Shown here: piece by piece, positions 46,114 through 60,375 of the stretch
Layout: each line of letters starts with the position of its first letter
Position numbering within the stretch: position 1 is the stretch's first letter
Origin: the human T2T-CHM13v2.0 reference genome, Homo sapiens
DNA length: 64,000 nucleotides
Strand: one strand, 5' to 3'
NCBI RefSeq assembly: GCF_009914755.1
Contig: NC_060938.1
The notes under the pieces: model-generated
What the model saw: the letters and a program-made list of their open reading frames with translations, nothing else
Told to the model about the DNA's origin: nothing
Databases searched by the model: none
Made by a program: the position numbers and the translations under genes

Positions 46114-46169
46114 GCGGCCGCCGCCGAAGGGGCGGGATCCGAGGCAAGCGTTGGTTCTGTGCGCCTCAG
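46114..46169 (+). other. TDP1: TDP1 non-coding exon 1 (5' end approximate)
   Basis: donor CAG|GTACGT at 46170, directly downstream of the NRF1 and GC-box motifs. Confidence 0.8.
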
Positions 46170-46776
46170 GTACGTGTTGGGCGGCAGTGGGCGCGGACTC
46201 GGTGCGGTCTCTCGCGGGCTGCGGTCGGGCCCGGGAGCCTGCTCCTGGCCGGGTCGCGGTGCGCGGGCTGCTGGGGTCCGGCAGGGCTGGAGGCGGACCG
46301 CGAGGAAGCGGCGCGGCCGGGAAGATGGGGCAGGGTCGCCTCGGCCCCGGGGCCTCGGTTTCCTCCGATCACAGCGCCTCAGGGGGCGCGCACGGGCGCT
46401 GCGGAGACCTGTGTCCTGCCGGGGCGCGGCGCTAGGGGCCCCTGCTCGGGTTTTTATTCCCAGACCTAAGCTTACAGGTGCGTGGTCCCAGAAAGTGAGT
46501 AGGAAAGCGCCCACCACGTGCCAGGCGCTTAAGCTTTCTGTGCTCGGTTTCCCAGTATAGGAGGACGGTCACGGTACGTAGTATAGAGTTGTCCTGAGGG
46601 TGAAGCGAGTTTACACTTGGTGAGGCGCTTCGAATCGTGCCTGGCCGGCCCCAAATGAGCACGCAGTAAGGTTAGCAGCTGCTGCCGTCACTTCCTCACG
46701 TTCTGAATCTGCTCCGTCCCCAACGTCTTCAGCAAGAGCCCTCTCACTTCCTTTGTCTTCAAACCATTCTCCGCAG

Positions 46777-46999
46777 AGTTGGAGCACACAGCTGTATTAA
46801 AAAGGCAAATCGAAGGCCGGGCGCGGTGACTCACGCCTGTCATCCTAGCACTTTGGGAGGCCGAGGCGGCTGAATCACTTGAGGTTAGGAGTTTGAGATC
46901 AGCCCGGGCAACATGGTGAAACCCCGTCTCTACAAAAATAGAAAAATTAGCCGAGCGTGATGGTGGATGCCTGTAATCCTAGCTCTTCGGGAGGCTAAG
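46777..46999 (+). other. TDP1: TDP1 alternative 5'UTR exon 2 (223 nt, mostly sense Alu)
   Basis: acceptor ttctccgcag|AG after a pyrimidine tract; donor AAG|GTAGGA inside the Alu; length fits the recalled TDP1 leader structure. Confidence 0.8.
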
Positions 47000-47105
47000 G
47001 TAGGAGAATTGCTTGAACCTGGGAGGCAGAGAGGTTGGAGTGAGCCGAGATTGCGCCATTGCGCTCCAGCCTGAGCGGCAGAGCGAGACTCTGTCTCAAA
47101 AAAAT
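46815..47105 (+). mobile_element. Alu, partly exonised in the TDP1 5'UTR
   Basis: full dimer that retains many CpGs. Confidence 0.95.
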
Positions 47106-48030
47106 AAATGTAAATCGGACTCCCCTTCTTAAAGCCCTCAGTGGGGTCCCATTGATCATTGCATAAAATCCAATTTCTTTAACAAGTCTTCTCCCCTCAC
47201 CCGCTTCGGACCACTGCCTGCCTTGCCTAAGTCCTTTCTTATGACCTCTTTCCCACCTCTGCCGGCTGGGTTCCCTCTACTTGGGAATGCTCTTCACCCC
47301 ATCATTTAGACAGCAGGTTCCTTTTGGCCCTCTGGGTCTCATTTATATGTTACTTTTTAAGTATATTCCAAAGGTCACCCCTATTTTTCTGTCTCATACT
47401 TATAAAATGTAATGAATGTCTAACTCATCTTGGCTATTAAAATTTTTATGTGTGGGTCTGTCTCTTCTGCCCTGAAATTAGCTCTGCTAGGGTAGAAACT
47501 ATATTGTTAACGCCTCATTCCCAGTTTTTGGTACATAATAGCTGCCCAGTAAGTTATTGAATGAATGAACTCCAGGGGGTAAGCATGATATCCATTTCAC
47601 AGACTAAAAAACTGAGGCTCAGCAGTTAACTAACCTGCCCAAGTGCACATTTACTCCCTAGTCATGGCCGGGTTTGAGACAAGGGACCATGTTTGCCTAT
47701 TACTGGCCACACAGGAACTCAATTGAGGAGCATGGCCTCCAGGCCCAGCTGATGGTCTTTAAGCTCAATGAGAAGGAGCAGCTGGAGGTGAAAGAGAAAT
47801 GCCCCAGCTGGGTCTCATATAGTGGGGAGTGAGGAAACACTAGTAGCTCTAAATGGAGTACCCTTTTATATCCACAACATGTTTTAAAGTCCTTAATAAA
47901 AGTGCTAACAGTGTCCTGAGCTAGCATTTGGTGGGAAGATTTCTTAGATTTTTCATGTTAGTGCAGTGTTTGCCAAATTTCACTCACACTCACCTGCCTT
48001 CTCCCCAGTTTGCTTTATTCTCTTAACACA

Positions 48031-49034
48031 TGACACAGGATTTATTTCAGGGCCGCTTTGCCAGCTGGAGACCTCCAGCCCTGGGCTGGCTGCAGGAGGT
48101 GCCCTGCCCACTCAGCCTGGCAGAATGCATTTGTCTTTCATCCCCGCCCAGATCCCGTGGCCACTATGACTGCATGCTCAGCCCGCGAGGAGTCGGTTTG
48201 TGAGTGAGTGAGCAAGCCTGGAGGCCCGGCTGGCTGTTCCAAGTGCTGGCCCAGTCACAGGCTCCATGTAGGGCTTGTGGATGGCCTGGGTGTATGGCAA
48301 GTGACTCTGGTAGCAGATTCTGGTGTCCAGACGAGGGGGATGCAGTAGTGCCCAAACACTTGGAGACACCAGGCAAATAGAGATGTATTAACAGCTCTTT
48401 TAGTCCCACCATCTGCAGCCCAATGAATGGGGGTGTGTGGCAGCCAGCAGCTCCCTCTCCCATTGCTTCACTAGCGGAACGGAGTGCTACAGGGTTATAG
48501 CTCTATTTGCACTCGCTGTTTAGCTGGTCCCAATTTCTTGTCCTGCGTCCAAGAATAATGAGGTTAGGCTGACAACCGAAGGGGAAAAGGGCGGAGGTGA
48601 GTTTTACTCAGTGATGAGACAGTTCTCAGCAGAGACGGGACCCCAAGTGGATGGCCCCTGCCCTGACCCCAAGGTGGGCAGTTCGCTGGTGTGACTGAGT
48701 CTGGGGCTTTTATGGGCTCAGAATGAGGGAGTGTGTGCTCCATGGTTTGTGAGTATGCAAAAAAGGCTAAAACAAAGGCACCACTCAAAGGTGGGCATGA
48801 CAATGTAAAAAACCAATTAGGGAAGGGTAGATATATGTAAAGTAGGTGAAGGGTGGGGATTGATCAGAGGAAAGTGTGCCAAGTGGGAAGAGGGGTTATC
48901 AATCCGGTCCGTGGATTTACCCAACACTTGTAGCTTGGCTTTCAGGCTTTAAACTGTCTTTGGTTTGCAGGTGGGGTTTCACTGGGGCCCTGCCCCTATC
49001 TGCCTAGGGATTTGTCTGCCTCCTGCCGCTATCA
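48031..49034 (-). mobile_element. ERV1 solo LTR (MER52/LTR27-28-like) inserted in a hAT MITE (47964-49333)
   Basis: TG...CA termini; near 4-bp TSD caca/cata; outer TIRs cagtgtttgcc and ggaaacactg. Confidence 0.75.
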
Positions 49035-51080
49035 CATAGACTATCATATACTTAATATTTTTGTTTGAATCCAATCATTCTTTTACATAAAATAAACTTT
49101 ATTTTGCTATTTCAAATATAACGTAGCCATAAGATACCTTCTGTTGATGGTAAACAAAATTGTTGGTGCCTGCAGAAGAGCCCAAACCCTGCTATTTGTT
49201 CAAAATCAAGATTAAAAGCATTTCTACAACACTACAACTTTCTTCTTGATTTAAACAGGGAGTTTGGATTGGAATGGAAAGGGAAGTACTTTCATAATGT
49301 CAGGTCCCAATCACTTCCACTTCAGGAAACACTGTGCCGTTCTGATTGAGTGCCAGGATTCAGAATCAACACAGCTATATTGTATTCTGATTCTTTCAGT
49401 ACCACTTACAAAAAGTGTGACTTCAGATTTATGCTGTACCAAGCACTGCCCAGGCAGGGAAGACAGATGATAAACAATTGAAGGAAAGCTCTCAGGTTCT
49501 ACATTTCTTAAAACTGTATGACTTGATTACAAAGCACTCTGAAATGCTGGGCACCAGAGCCTCTATGAGGGAAGTAAATTCTGTTACTGGTGACCAGTTA
49601 TCCAAAGTAAAAGTTTGATATTGGTGTTTACTAGCAGTTCTTTTCCAACTGGGCGGGAGCCTTGATGTCATAAAGAGGTTGGTAAGCTGCTACATTTAAC
49701 AACAAGACACAATTTTATTAGTCTGTTGCACTAAATTGTAACCCAATAAATTGTATTAGGTTGTAATAAGCAACTCAGGCATATTTTTGAGTTTCAGCAG
49801 GTCCAAAACTTTATAGAGCAGAACCCCAAAAAAAGGCTTTGTTCTCTAGAAAATGTCTTTTTTAAAGCTTTGTTTTATTTTTTATCCTCTTGTCCTACTT
49901 TGTTGGAGGGAATTCCACTTCCATATGGTTTTAGAAAATGGAGATAATGATAAAACTTAAAAACCTTTGAAATTCTCTAAATAATTCACAGAGTTGCTAA
50001 GGATTTTACCTTAGCAACTCTTAGTACATAATAATGTACTTAGCACAGAATTCTCAGTGTTTGGAAATTCCATTTTATTTATATAATGCAGGCAACCATA
50101 TTTGTTATGGTAGCCTCTTAAGATTCTGCAACTGCTTCTGAGAGTGGAAGCTGAATCCTTTCTCACCAAAAACTAAGACCTGCTACTTACTTTAGAATGG
50201 GCAAGGTATCTATAGAGAACAGCCTGAGGACTGTAATGGAAGATTCTATTACTCACCGCCTTGGTTTAGAACTGTTGTAGAATTCAAAGGAACCTAGAGC
50301 TGACATTCAGAGAGTGGTTTTTCCTAAGGTGGTTCTTTTGTTCCTAGATAACTTTAAAGTCACGAAACTGTAGCCACTGAAATAGTTTCTTCAAAGTGTA
50401 TTGTAACAGCTTAAATACCCCTATCCAGCAACTTCTAGACTCTAGAACACTAGAGGAACCTAAGGTTTTGTGGGTTTTTTTTTCAAACCGGAAGGATTAA
50501 AAACATTTAAAAAACCACCTCTGAGCTGCTTAAGTAGGTGTTGAGTAGTAAATCAATCTGAATCTCTTTCATGGAGGAAACTGGGCACTCAGACCCCTTT
50601 AACCATGACAATACAGTTCTACAAACCCAGTTATCTAGTTTCTTAACCCTTAGCAGATTAGAAACAATTTAGGGAAAATATACCTATGCTATGAGTTTTA
50701 ACAACCCCTTGAAGTGGGCTGGACAGAGTGTAGAAATAAATAGAAACTTTTAGAAAGCAGATATGAGGGCTCAAAAGAGCCAGACAGTCTAGGGTCACTA
50801 TTACAGGAGCAAGTGGCCCCAGCCCTCTCTACAGTCAATAAGGCTTTGGCTGTGAGATAGTGTGTTCATGCTGGGTAGGGTAATAATGACCCAGAGCCAT
50901 GAAGAATGGGCCAGATTATTGTCTTGATGCATTCTTGCATAAAAGTTCCTTGAAATGTGTAATTTACAGAAGGCTTGCTTAACTTGACTGGTAGTTAATT
51001 GAAAAAGGTGAAGAGAGAAATTGTGAAAAGGGATAGATACCTTTAAAGTATTTCCAACCCTCCCCTGCCCCGCCCTGCTG

Positions 51081-51917
51081 TGTTCACTGAAAAAATCATG
51101 AGATCTATACATTTAGAAAGGAGAGCTTAGTTCTTATAAAGGGCTACAGCCTGCAGTGTGGCCTGACAGGCTGGGAAGCACAGCCTCAGGCAGAGACCTT
51201 TAATGGCATCCCAGGGAGGAGAGGGTAGAACAGAGATTTATACTGAATGGGTTGGCCAAGTATAGTATTCAACAGGTGTGGGAGGAGCTATGAATATTCA
51301 CCAAGGGGGGACACGTGTGCATGTGTAATGAGCAAACGTGTGTTTTGTGCATCTCGTGTTCACTTTGGGATGGAGACTTAACATTTGAATGAATTACAAT
51401 TAGGCCCTCTGTCAAAAGGTGAAGGAGAGACATGAAGGCACTCAGTGCTCAGCCTCTGAGGACTGGTCAGAACCAGTCTGTGGTTTCTTTTCAGGAGAAA
51501 GTTACTCCATTGTCCAATGACAGCTGCAGTCATGGCCTGTGGAACCAGAGGGGTCAGTTAGTCAAGCATCTGGCAGTAGGTGAGCTGCAATTGTTTAGAT
51601 ATTCCTTATCTCTAGGCCAGTGCTTATTTAGCTGCTGAAGAAAAAAGAACCTTGTGGAAGGTAGAACATAGTTTAAAGGTAGCAGTGTGTGATTTAACCC
51701 TTGCTTGGCATGGCCTTAGGTCTTGTTTATGATTTAGTGTCATATTGTCACAGAATCTATTCTGCCAGTCTTACGATCTCTGGTCAGTTGTGTTTAAACC
51801 GCAGAAGGGAGGGGATATAACAGGCATGTCTGAGCTCCCATCTCATCATGGCCCGGAACTCAGTTTTTAAGGTTTCTCTGGGGTCCCCTTAGCCAAGATT
51901 TTTATTTTTAGTTCTCA
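51081..51917 (-). mobile_element. MER4-group ERV1 solo LTR
   Basis: reverse complement starts TGAGAACTAAAAATAAAA...GGGGACCCCAGAGAAACCTTAAAAACTGAGTTCC. Confidence 0.75.
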
Positions 51918-52767
51918 TCTAGAGACATATGCATATGTATTGATTTGCAAATCTTTTGATGTAGAATAATGTTGAATTCTCTTTTTTGGGGAATGTAGGT
52001 TTTGTGAAGGGAGTGTCACCATCTTGGTTTACTCCACTCAATGCATCTTTTCCAGCCTCATTAAAACAGCAGAAACTCGAAGATACTGTTGATCTGAGCA
52101 CAGACTACTGAGTTTTGTAATTTTCCCCTGGGTCTTGTGCTAAAATGTTAAAAGTATCACATTGAGGAACTGTTCTTTAGCTGTCTGGAAAGTCTACTTA
52201 GATAGTCCTTTACCACTGAATTGACAAGATTTGGTAGGTAACAGCAAAAGTGACTGTTTCGTGTACTTTCCTGTTCTCAGAACAAGAAAGTAGAATTTGA
52301 CTGTGGGGCTTAAAAAATAAAAGTGTGTTGCTTCAGTACAAGTTATTTCTGTGTAGGTGTTAGTAGATTTATGATGTAGCCAATAGGATAATTATATCTT
52401 GATATAATTATATCCAACTAATTATAATTAGTTGGGTCCTCATGGAAGTAGTGTAAATAATGTACATACCTAAGTGGTCATTTGGCTTTCCTCTTGAAGA
52501 CTTTGTTAAGCTTTATGGTAAATGGGTTGTCTTTTGGGAAGTAAGACATACATAATCACTGAAGTCCTGTGGGTGCCTGTACTTGGGTGAAGGCTAGGTT
52601 TGTAAATTCCAATTTGACCTTAAGCATTTGAACATAGATTAAATGGACCTTAATCCCAAACGCTTATTGGAAGTTTCGGGGTCAAGAATGAATGTTTGTT
52701 TTATTTTGGCATTTGTCTTGATGCATTCTTCAACCCCCTTTCCTAGGACATCTAAGAACAAAGTTTA

Positions 52768-53913
<1,146 letters not shown>

Positions 53914-54188
53914 TGAGAGTCTCTCCTCCGTGAAACAAGGAGGGCAGCCTAGAATAGTTTCTGAGAACTCTTCTTTGTGTTCTTAACTACTTTCAGGAAA
54001 AAAATTCTTGACAGGCAAGTGCATTAGTATAACAGCAGACTGTTTACTTAACTCAGGCAGAGCGTGTGTTCTCAAAACCCTGTAGCTCAACCCCTTATAT
54101 CACTTAGCACGATGTTTAGCATTATTTAACTTTTTAAGATGAAGCTTGATGAGTAACAGTTTATCAACAAGGTAGCAAATACTTGACA

Positions 54189-54373
54189 ACAGTAGTAGTT
54201 CTCCATGGGCCCTGGACCAGCAGCCTCAGCATCACCTGCAACTTGTTAAAATGCAAATTCTCGGGCCCCATTCCCGATTCATTAAATTGGACTCTGAGGG
54301 TGAGATCCTGCAGTCTGTGTTTTCACGAGCCCTTGAGGGGATTCTACTGCCCAGTCAAGTTTGAGAACCACTG
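54189..54373. mobile_element. MER5A hAT MITE
   Basis: cagcatcacctg...aaatgcaaattctcggg...tttgagaaccactg. Confidence 0.85.
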
Positions 54374-55479
54374 CTTAAAAGCCTGGTTTTAGTTCCTGGT
54401 GAAGAAGAAGAAGAAAAAACAAAATAGTGCCTGAGTGCAAATAGATGTTTCAGTTATGGATCAAAAGATGGCCTTAGTTTGCTCTCCTTATTCCTCAGGG
54501 AGCACCTGCAGGAGGAAGAGCAGGAGCTCTAGAATCTGCTTTCTGGCCTCACCACTCATTTGCTGTATGGATTGTTAACACAGGACCTAACATTCTCTGA
54601 ATTTTAGTTTGCTCATCTTTAAACTGGAAATGCAGAAAAATGGGAGCAAATATATGAAGTAACCAGTGTAATATATTCACATGGCAGATACAATAAACAT
54701 TATTACCCTTATTTCAGATTTTTTTCCTGTCCCATATTTAAGAATAGTAATGTTCACTGTCAGCAGTGTTGTTCTTTTTTTATATATCCAGTATATAATT
54801 GTATATTGTGTGTGATGTATACATGTTGGAGTATTTCATACTGTAGAGTGTTCTACAGGTTGTTTTCTTTTTGAGAATCTCTTATCTTGGTACTTTGTCA
54901 AGTTTTTTGTTTGTTTGAGACAGACTGACAAATATTTAGAGAATTTTGCCAAGTTTTGCTCTATATAATAAAATAACCGGCAATTAGCACCAAGGTATTG
55001 TGGTAACATGATAGGAGCTCTTACATATATTTTCTCCTTTAATCCTCAGGACAGTCTTATGAGTAGATGTTACAATCGTATTCCTTGGATAAATGATGCA
55101 TCTGCACTTTAGAAAAGTGCCCAAGGTCGTAGAGCTGGTAATGACATTCTGGCATCAGAATCCATGCTGTTTGCTATAGCACTCTACCATGTGCCATAAT
55201 TGTAGATGGCTTAGAAGATCTCATGGAGGAAGGGGGACTTCAAAAGGCCTTTGAAAGATGGGTAAAATTTAGAAGGGAAGAAATACATGCTGGTGGGGGC
55301 AAATGGAAGAATATTTGCAGTTTATCTCTGCAACTCTCCCAATAAGGTAGAACCTTCCTTAACAATTTTTTTGTTGTTGTTCTCTGAAAATCGTTCTACC
55401 CCAGCATCTAGCTCAATGTCCAGAAGATAGGAAGCACTCAGGAAATATTTGCCAAATGAATGAGCCAGTCTTAATTCTC

Positions 55480-55715
55480 AGAGGCAGTTTAGTGGGTATG
55501 AGCGAAGGTGCTGGAGCCAGACAGCCTAGGTTCAAACCCCGACTGTACCCCTTTCTAGCTGTGTGTCTGTGGGCAGCCTCCTAAGAAGGCTCCTCCGATA
55601 TAAAATAGAAATAACAGACCCCACCTAGAAAATGGATATGAGGAGTAAGTAATGGATGGGAAGTGCCAAGAGTGCTGCCTGGCATCTAACAGGTCTCCAC
55701 AGATGTGGCTGTTGT
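55480..55715 (+). mobile_element. MIR
   Basis: ctggagccagacagcctaggttcaaaccc...tagctgtgtg. Confidence 0.75.
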
Positions 55716-56345
55716 AATGGAAGGTCACGATGATGGTGTACTTGCTCTCGTGGTATGGTTTGAGAAGTGAGCTTTCAACTTACCTAACATAAAGCTTGAA
55801 TGGGTACAAAGTGAGACTTCCCTAGAGATGACCAGGAACACCAGGAATGTGAGTTGATAATTGTGAGTGCCTCTGTCCTTTCATTCACAGGCCACAGGTG
55901 CTTTCCAGTCTTTCTGGAAAGTCTTTCTAAACTGTCCACATTTATAAAATCTTTCTAGAAAGTTTTTCTAGTCTTGAGTTGGGAGATTTCCTGGAGAGGG
56001 ACTTGAATGGGTACTTGGAGGAGGTAGAAGTTCAGAGATCTGAAAAGAATATGTATCATTATTGTCCATATTGAGTTTCTAAACTTGATCAATCATTCAG
56101 TACTGAAGTTGTAGATTTTGGTTTTGCATTGTTTTATAAAAGAATGTATGATAAATATTAAATACCATAGGGAAATTTTTTTTGAATTTTATGAAACATT
56201 AAAGTCTGACTTTGTAGTAACTGTTTAGCTTACTGTGTTCTGAGTCAGATCTTGATTGTCAGTGACTGTTGAATGAGTTAGTAGTGATTATTATGACTAG
56301 AGGATTTTTGTGAGTGTGAATTTGATATATGTTTTGTCTTCTCAG

Positions 56346-56389
56346 ATATTTTATCTCCTTTATTTGGGACGCTTGTTTCTTCAGCTCAG
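56346..56389 (+). CDS. TDP1: TDP1 exon 4 (DILSPLFGTLVSSAQ)
   Basis: ctcag|AT...CAG|GTGAGT; 44 nt; frame continuous. Confidence 0.96.
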
Positions 56390-57565
56390 GTGAGTATACC
56401 TTTAAGCTGTTTTTTCTTTGGGTGAAAGTAGACAGGTAATTAAACAACTCCATAAGAAAATATGAGAGGCATAGTTTGGGGATCTCAGTCCTGTTCAAAG
56501 ACTGAGATGGCACATACCTGGAGGCTGGCTCAAGTGCCACAGTAATGAGATCCATGGCCATCAACATAGAATGGGGATGTCACTATCAGGAGAGCATTTG
56601 ACTCAAGTCAGCCTCCGCTGGCCAAGAAGTCACTTTGGACATTCCAGCTTGAAAGACTAGAATGGGACACTTCTTTTGGGGATACTGATTAACTCATGGG
56701 ACTGAGTTAACTCTGGTGCATAGAGTGGTGAGGTATGGATAGAGTGGTGAAGGCCAAGTCAAGTTTGATTTAATTTAGAAAAATGTGAATTTTCATGTTC
56801 AGTGGCTCCTTCCTGACTGAGCTAGTCCCTTTGTCTTGATAAATCATGTAATGGTCCAGACCCACAAGTAAGTGGTCCAAAGGGCCCTGTCCCTGAAGAA
56901 AGGCAGGCTTCCTTTATGTTTGGTTTGGCATTGAAAGTCCTGGTTTCCATTTGGAAGGTGGGGAGCATTTGCAAATGCCCTGTTAGCTCGACTGAGTTAC
57001 TAAGTCCAGGATTACCCAGGTATGGGGAGGAGCCTCCACGGGTAAGACCAGTACAGAACTTGCATTTAAGATGTAATTGTTAGAAGCCTAGTGAATGTCT
57101 GGTCCCAGGTGGCTGTGTACAAAGCTAGCTAATAAGTTAGCCTGAAAGGAAATGTTCTTTTCTGAAAGTCCTGGGATCTTTGTCTCCAGTATCTGTCTTT
57201 TTATAATCACCTAGGGGAAAAGGGATAAATTTATAAATCCTTTTATTTAAATTAATCTCAGGGCCATTAGACATAATGTAATAACACCCTGCGGACAAGT
57301 ACAGATGCTGCCAAAACATGCAGAGATAATTTCCTGGGAACCTGTTATCTCATGTACTTGGCTCCATTTAGGTTCTTTTAACCATGCATTTAAGATAAAT
57401 TATAGGTTTGTTAGTATTGCAGCATAACCCTCCAGGTTTATAAATAATACATGTAGTGTATCACTATTTTAGAGTTTCCTTAAATGTAATAACTAAACAA
57501 TTCTCCTTATGAACTGTTTGGCAGAATTACCTATGGCTTAGTTACTCTTCTTTTCTCCCATCTAG

Positions 57566-57621
57566 TTTAACTACTGCTTTGACGTGGACTGGCTCGTAAA
57601 ACAGTATCCACCAGAGTTCAG
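57566..57621 (+). CDS. TDP1: TDP1 exon 5 (FNYCFDVDWLVKQYPPEF-R)
   Basis: tctag|TTT...CAG|GTGAGT; 56 nt; conserved FNY motif. Confidence 0.96.
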
Positions 57622-59019
57622 GTGAGTTCCTCAGGGTGACAGACAACACTATAAACTGTAAAGGGGCTTTGACACCTAAGATTTGTATTTCTCAGGTGAA
57701 AGCCACTCATCTTTTGAGTTTTTCTTTTGAAACTGTTGAAATCACACAGACATTAAGTTATATCCGGAAAACAGCATTCTTTGATCTATTTAATCCTACA
57801 CATTCTTTTTACGGATTTTAGCATTTTCCTCTGTGCTCTTTCAGGAAGTAGATAAGGACAGGCTTTAACTCAAATAACAGAATTTCATGTCCAGTCTTAA
57901 TATGAAGGAAAATACCATCTCCACATACCTTCTAGATCTGTGAATGTGCCAACATGCCGCCAACGTGCCATGCTTTCCGTAGCACATCAATTCTGTTCTG
58001 TTTTGAGGATCCCTTTGTGTTTCTGAGATGAGGAAAGGAGGCTTATCTGTGGCCTTCCCTTATCTAGGCTCTGGAGGTGATGGATTTTTAGGCCTTCTGC
58101 CTGCACTTCATCAGCCTCATGTTAGGCAATACAGACCAAATAGGGCATCACACAGGTGCCACCCTTCCCTATTTCTAACACATTTACGGGGCAGATTCCC
58201 ATAACAGCAAGTAGGATGGAGGAAAACACACAAGAAATAATGATTGTCAGGGTCCTCAAAATTCTTGGTACATTTAGGGCATCAGATTGTGGAAACCTTT
58301 GACATTAACAGTAGATAAAATGCTGTTAAAATTTTTCAAGCAGCTTTGGCACTTGGGGCTTTTTTTTTTTTTTTTGACCTGTAACACACAGAATTAGTTT
58401 TAGCTGCATGTAAAAGAATATTCAAAATAACAATGGCTTAAATAAGACAAATTGTTTCCAGCGTGACACATTCAGATGGTAAACATTTATGGTCTAGATG
58501 GGGGCACCAGGGTTCTCAGAGACTTATCCACCTACCCTTTCTGTTCCACCATCCTTGTATGTGACTTCAGTTTTCAGAGTCACCTCGTGGCCCAGTATGG
58601 CAGCTAGAGCTCCAGCTTACTCATCTATTCCAGGTAGCAGGAAGGGGAAAGGAGGAAAAGGACAAAAAGGCCCACATTCTAGCTATGCCCATCTAAGCAG
58701 CCTTCCTGGAAGTCCCACACAACACCTGCATCTATTTCATTGAGCAGAGCTCAGCTGCATGCTAACCAGCTGTAAAAGAGGCTAGAAATGTCTTTTAGCT
58801 TAGCACACCTTTTCCTGAATTAGCCTTTTGTTAGGGAAGGAGGAGAGAATGGCTGTCTGGAGGCAACAAGCAGTTTCTGCCTTGGCTCCTCCTCGCAGTA
58901 GTATCCTTGGGTGTCACATTGGCATTTTCTGTTCTTCCTCCCTTTTCTTAAAGACCTTGAAATCAAACTGTCACCCCATTAGAGTGTTGGCAAAGTGCAG
59001 ACTGCAGTTCCTTTGTATC

Positions 59020-59432
59020 TGTTATGAGTTAAATTATCTCACCCCCAAAAAAGATCTGTTGGAATCCTAAGCCTCAGTACCTCAGAATGTGATCTTATTT
59101 GGAGATAGAGCCCTTACAAAGGTAATCAAGATAAAATGAAGGCATTAGGATGGACATTAATCCAGTATGACTAGTGTCCTTATAAAAAGAGAAATTTGGG
59201 TGCAGAGACAGAGATAAGACCATGTAAAGACACAGAACGCCATTTACAAGCCAAGCTCCTAGAAGCTGGGAGAGAGGCTTGGAACAGATGTGCCTCACAG
59301 CCTCAGGAACCAATCCTGCCAGCACCTTGATCTTGGACTTCTCGCCTCCAGACCTGTGAGACAATATATTGCTGTTGTCTAAGCCTCCCAGTTTGTGGTG
59401 CTTTGTTTTGGAGGCCCTGGCACACTAATACA
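59020..59432 (+). mobile_element. MLT1(A-C) MaLR solo LTR
   Basis: tgttatg...ctaataca; perfect 5-bp TSD GTATC. Confidence 0.92.
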
Positions 59433-59978
59433 GTATCCACTGGACTCTCAGTAACTAAAGGGACGAAAGTGTCCTCCTTCTCCCTGCATCCCCTTATTGC
59501 CAAATGCATCTTGGGAAGGCTATTACGAGCCTTAGAAGGATGAGGAGTGACCTAAATGGTAAGTTTAAGTAACATCCAGAATTTGTATGTAGAAAAATTC
59601 AGATCATAAGGATTTATACCTCAGTATGCTATTGTTCAGGTGCCATCTTTTTGTAATAAGTCGTAGAACCAATAAATTTGAAAGAATTAATGAGGACTTC
59701 AGTTTCTATCAGTCATATTTAATCTTTTTAATAACATGACTTGATCTAACATTTTTTATTTCTAGGTACTAGATGCACGTGTGTTTCTTACATTATTCTG
59801 TTTTTCTTACCTAATTTCTAAAAATCACAGGTGCGTGTTTCATAGTTTCATTTTACCTGTCATGTTAGAATAAAGCTATTGGGCAAGAGGTAGTGAGGTA
59901 TTAGTACTGGAAATAGATGTTTCTCTCTAGTTGATTGTTGTTCCTTTGTGAATGGTAGAGAATCATTCTGCAGTGTGA

Positions 59979-60375
<397 letters not shown>

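Larger units (their letters stand above)
44680..46720. promoter_or_regulatory. Head-to-head EFCAB11/TDP1 promoter region with two CpG-rich lobes (about 44.7-45.15 kb and 46.0-46.7 kb)
   Basis: high GC and CpG density; divergent first exons about 1.2 kb apart; CCAAT, ETS (GGAA), GC-box and NRF1 motifs. Confidence 0.9.

Noticed and set aside
44517-46662. Long overlapping Arg/Pro/Gly/Ala-rich ORFs (179, 203, 133 and 120 aa)
   Set aside because: GC-rich CpG-island sequence is depleted of stop codons; no recognisable domains; only the EFCAB11 exon 1 segment is real
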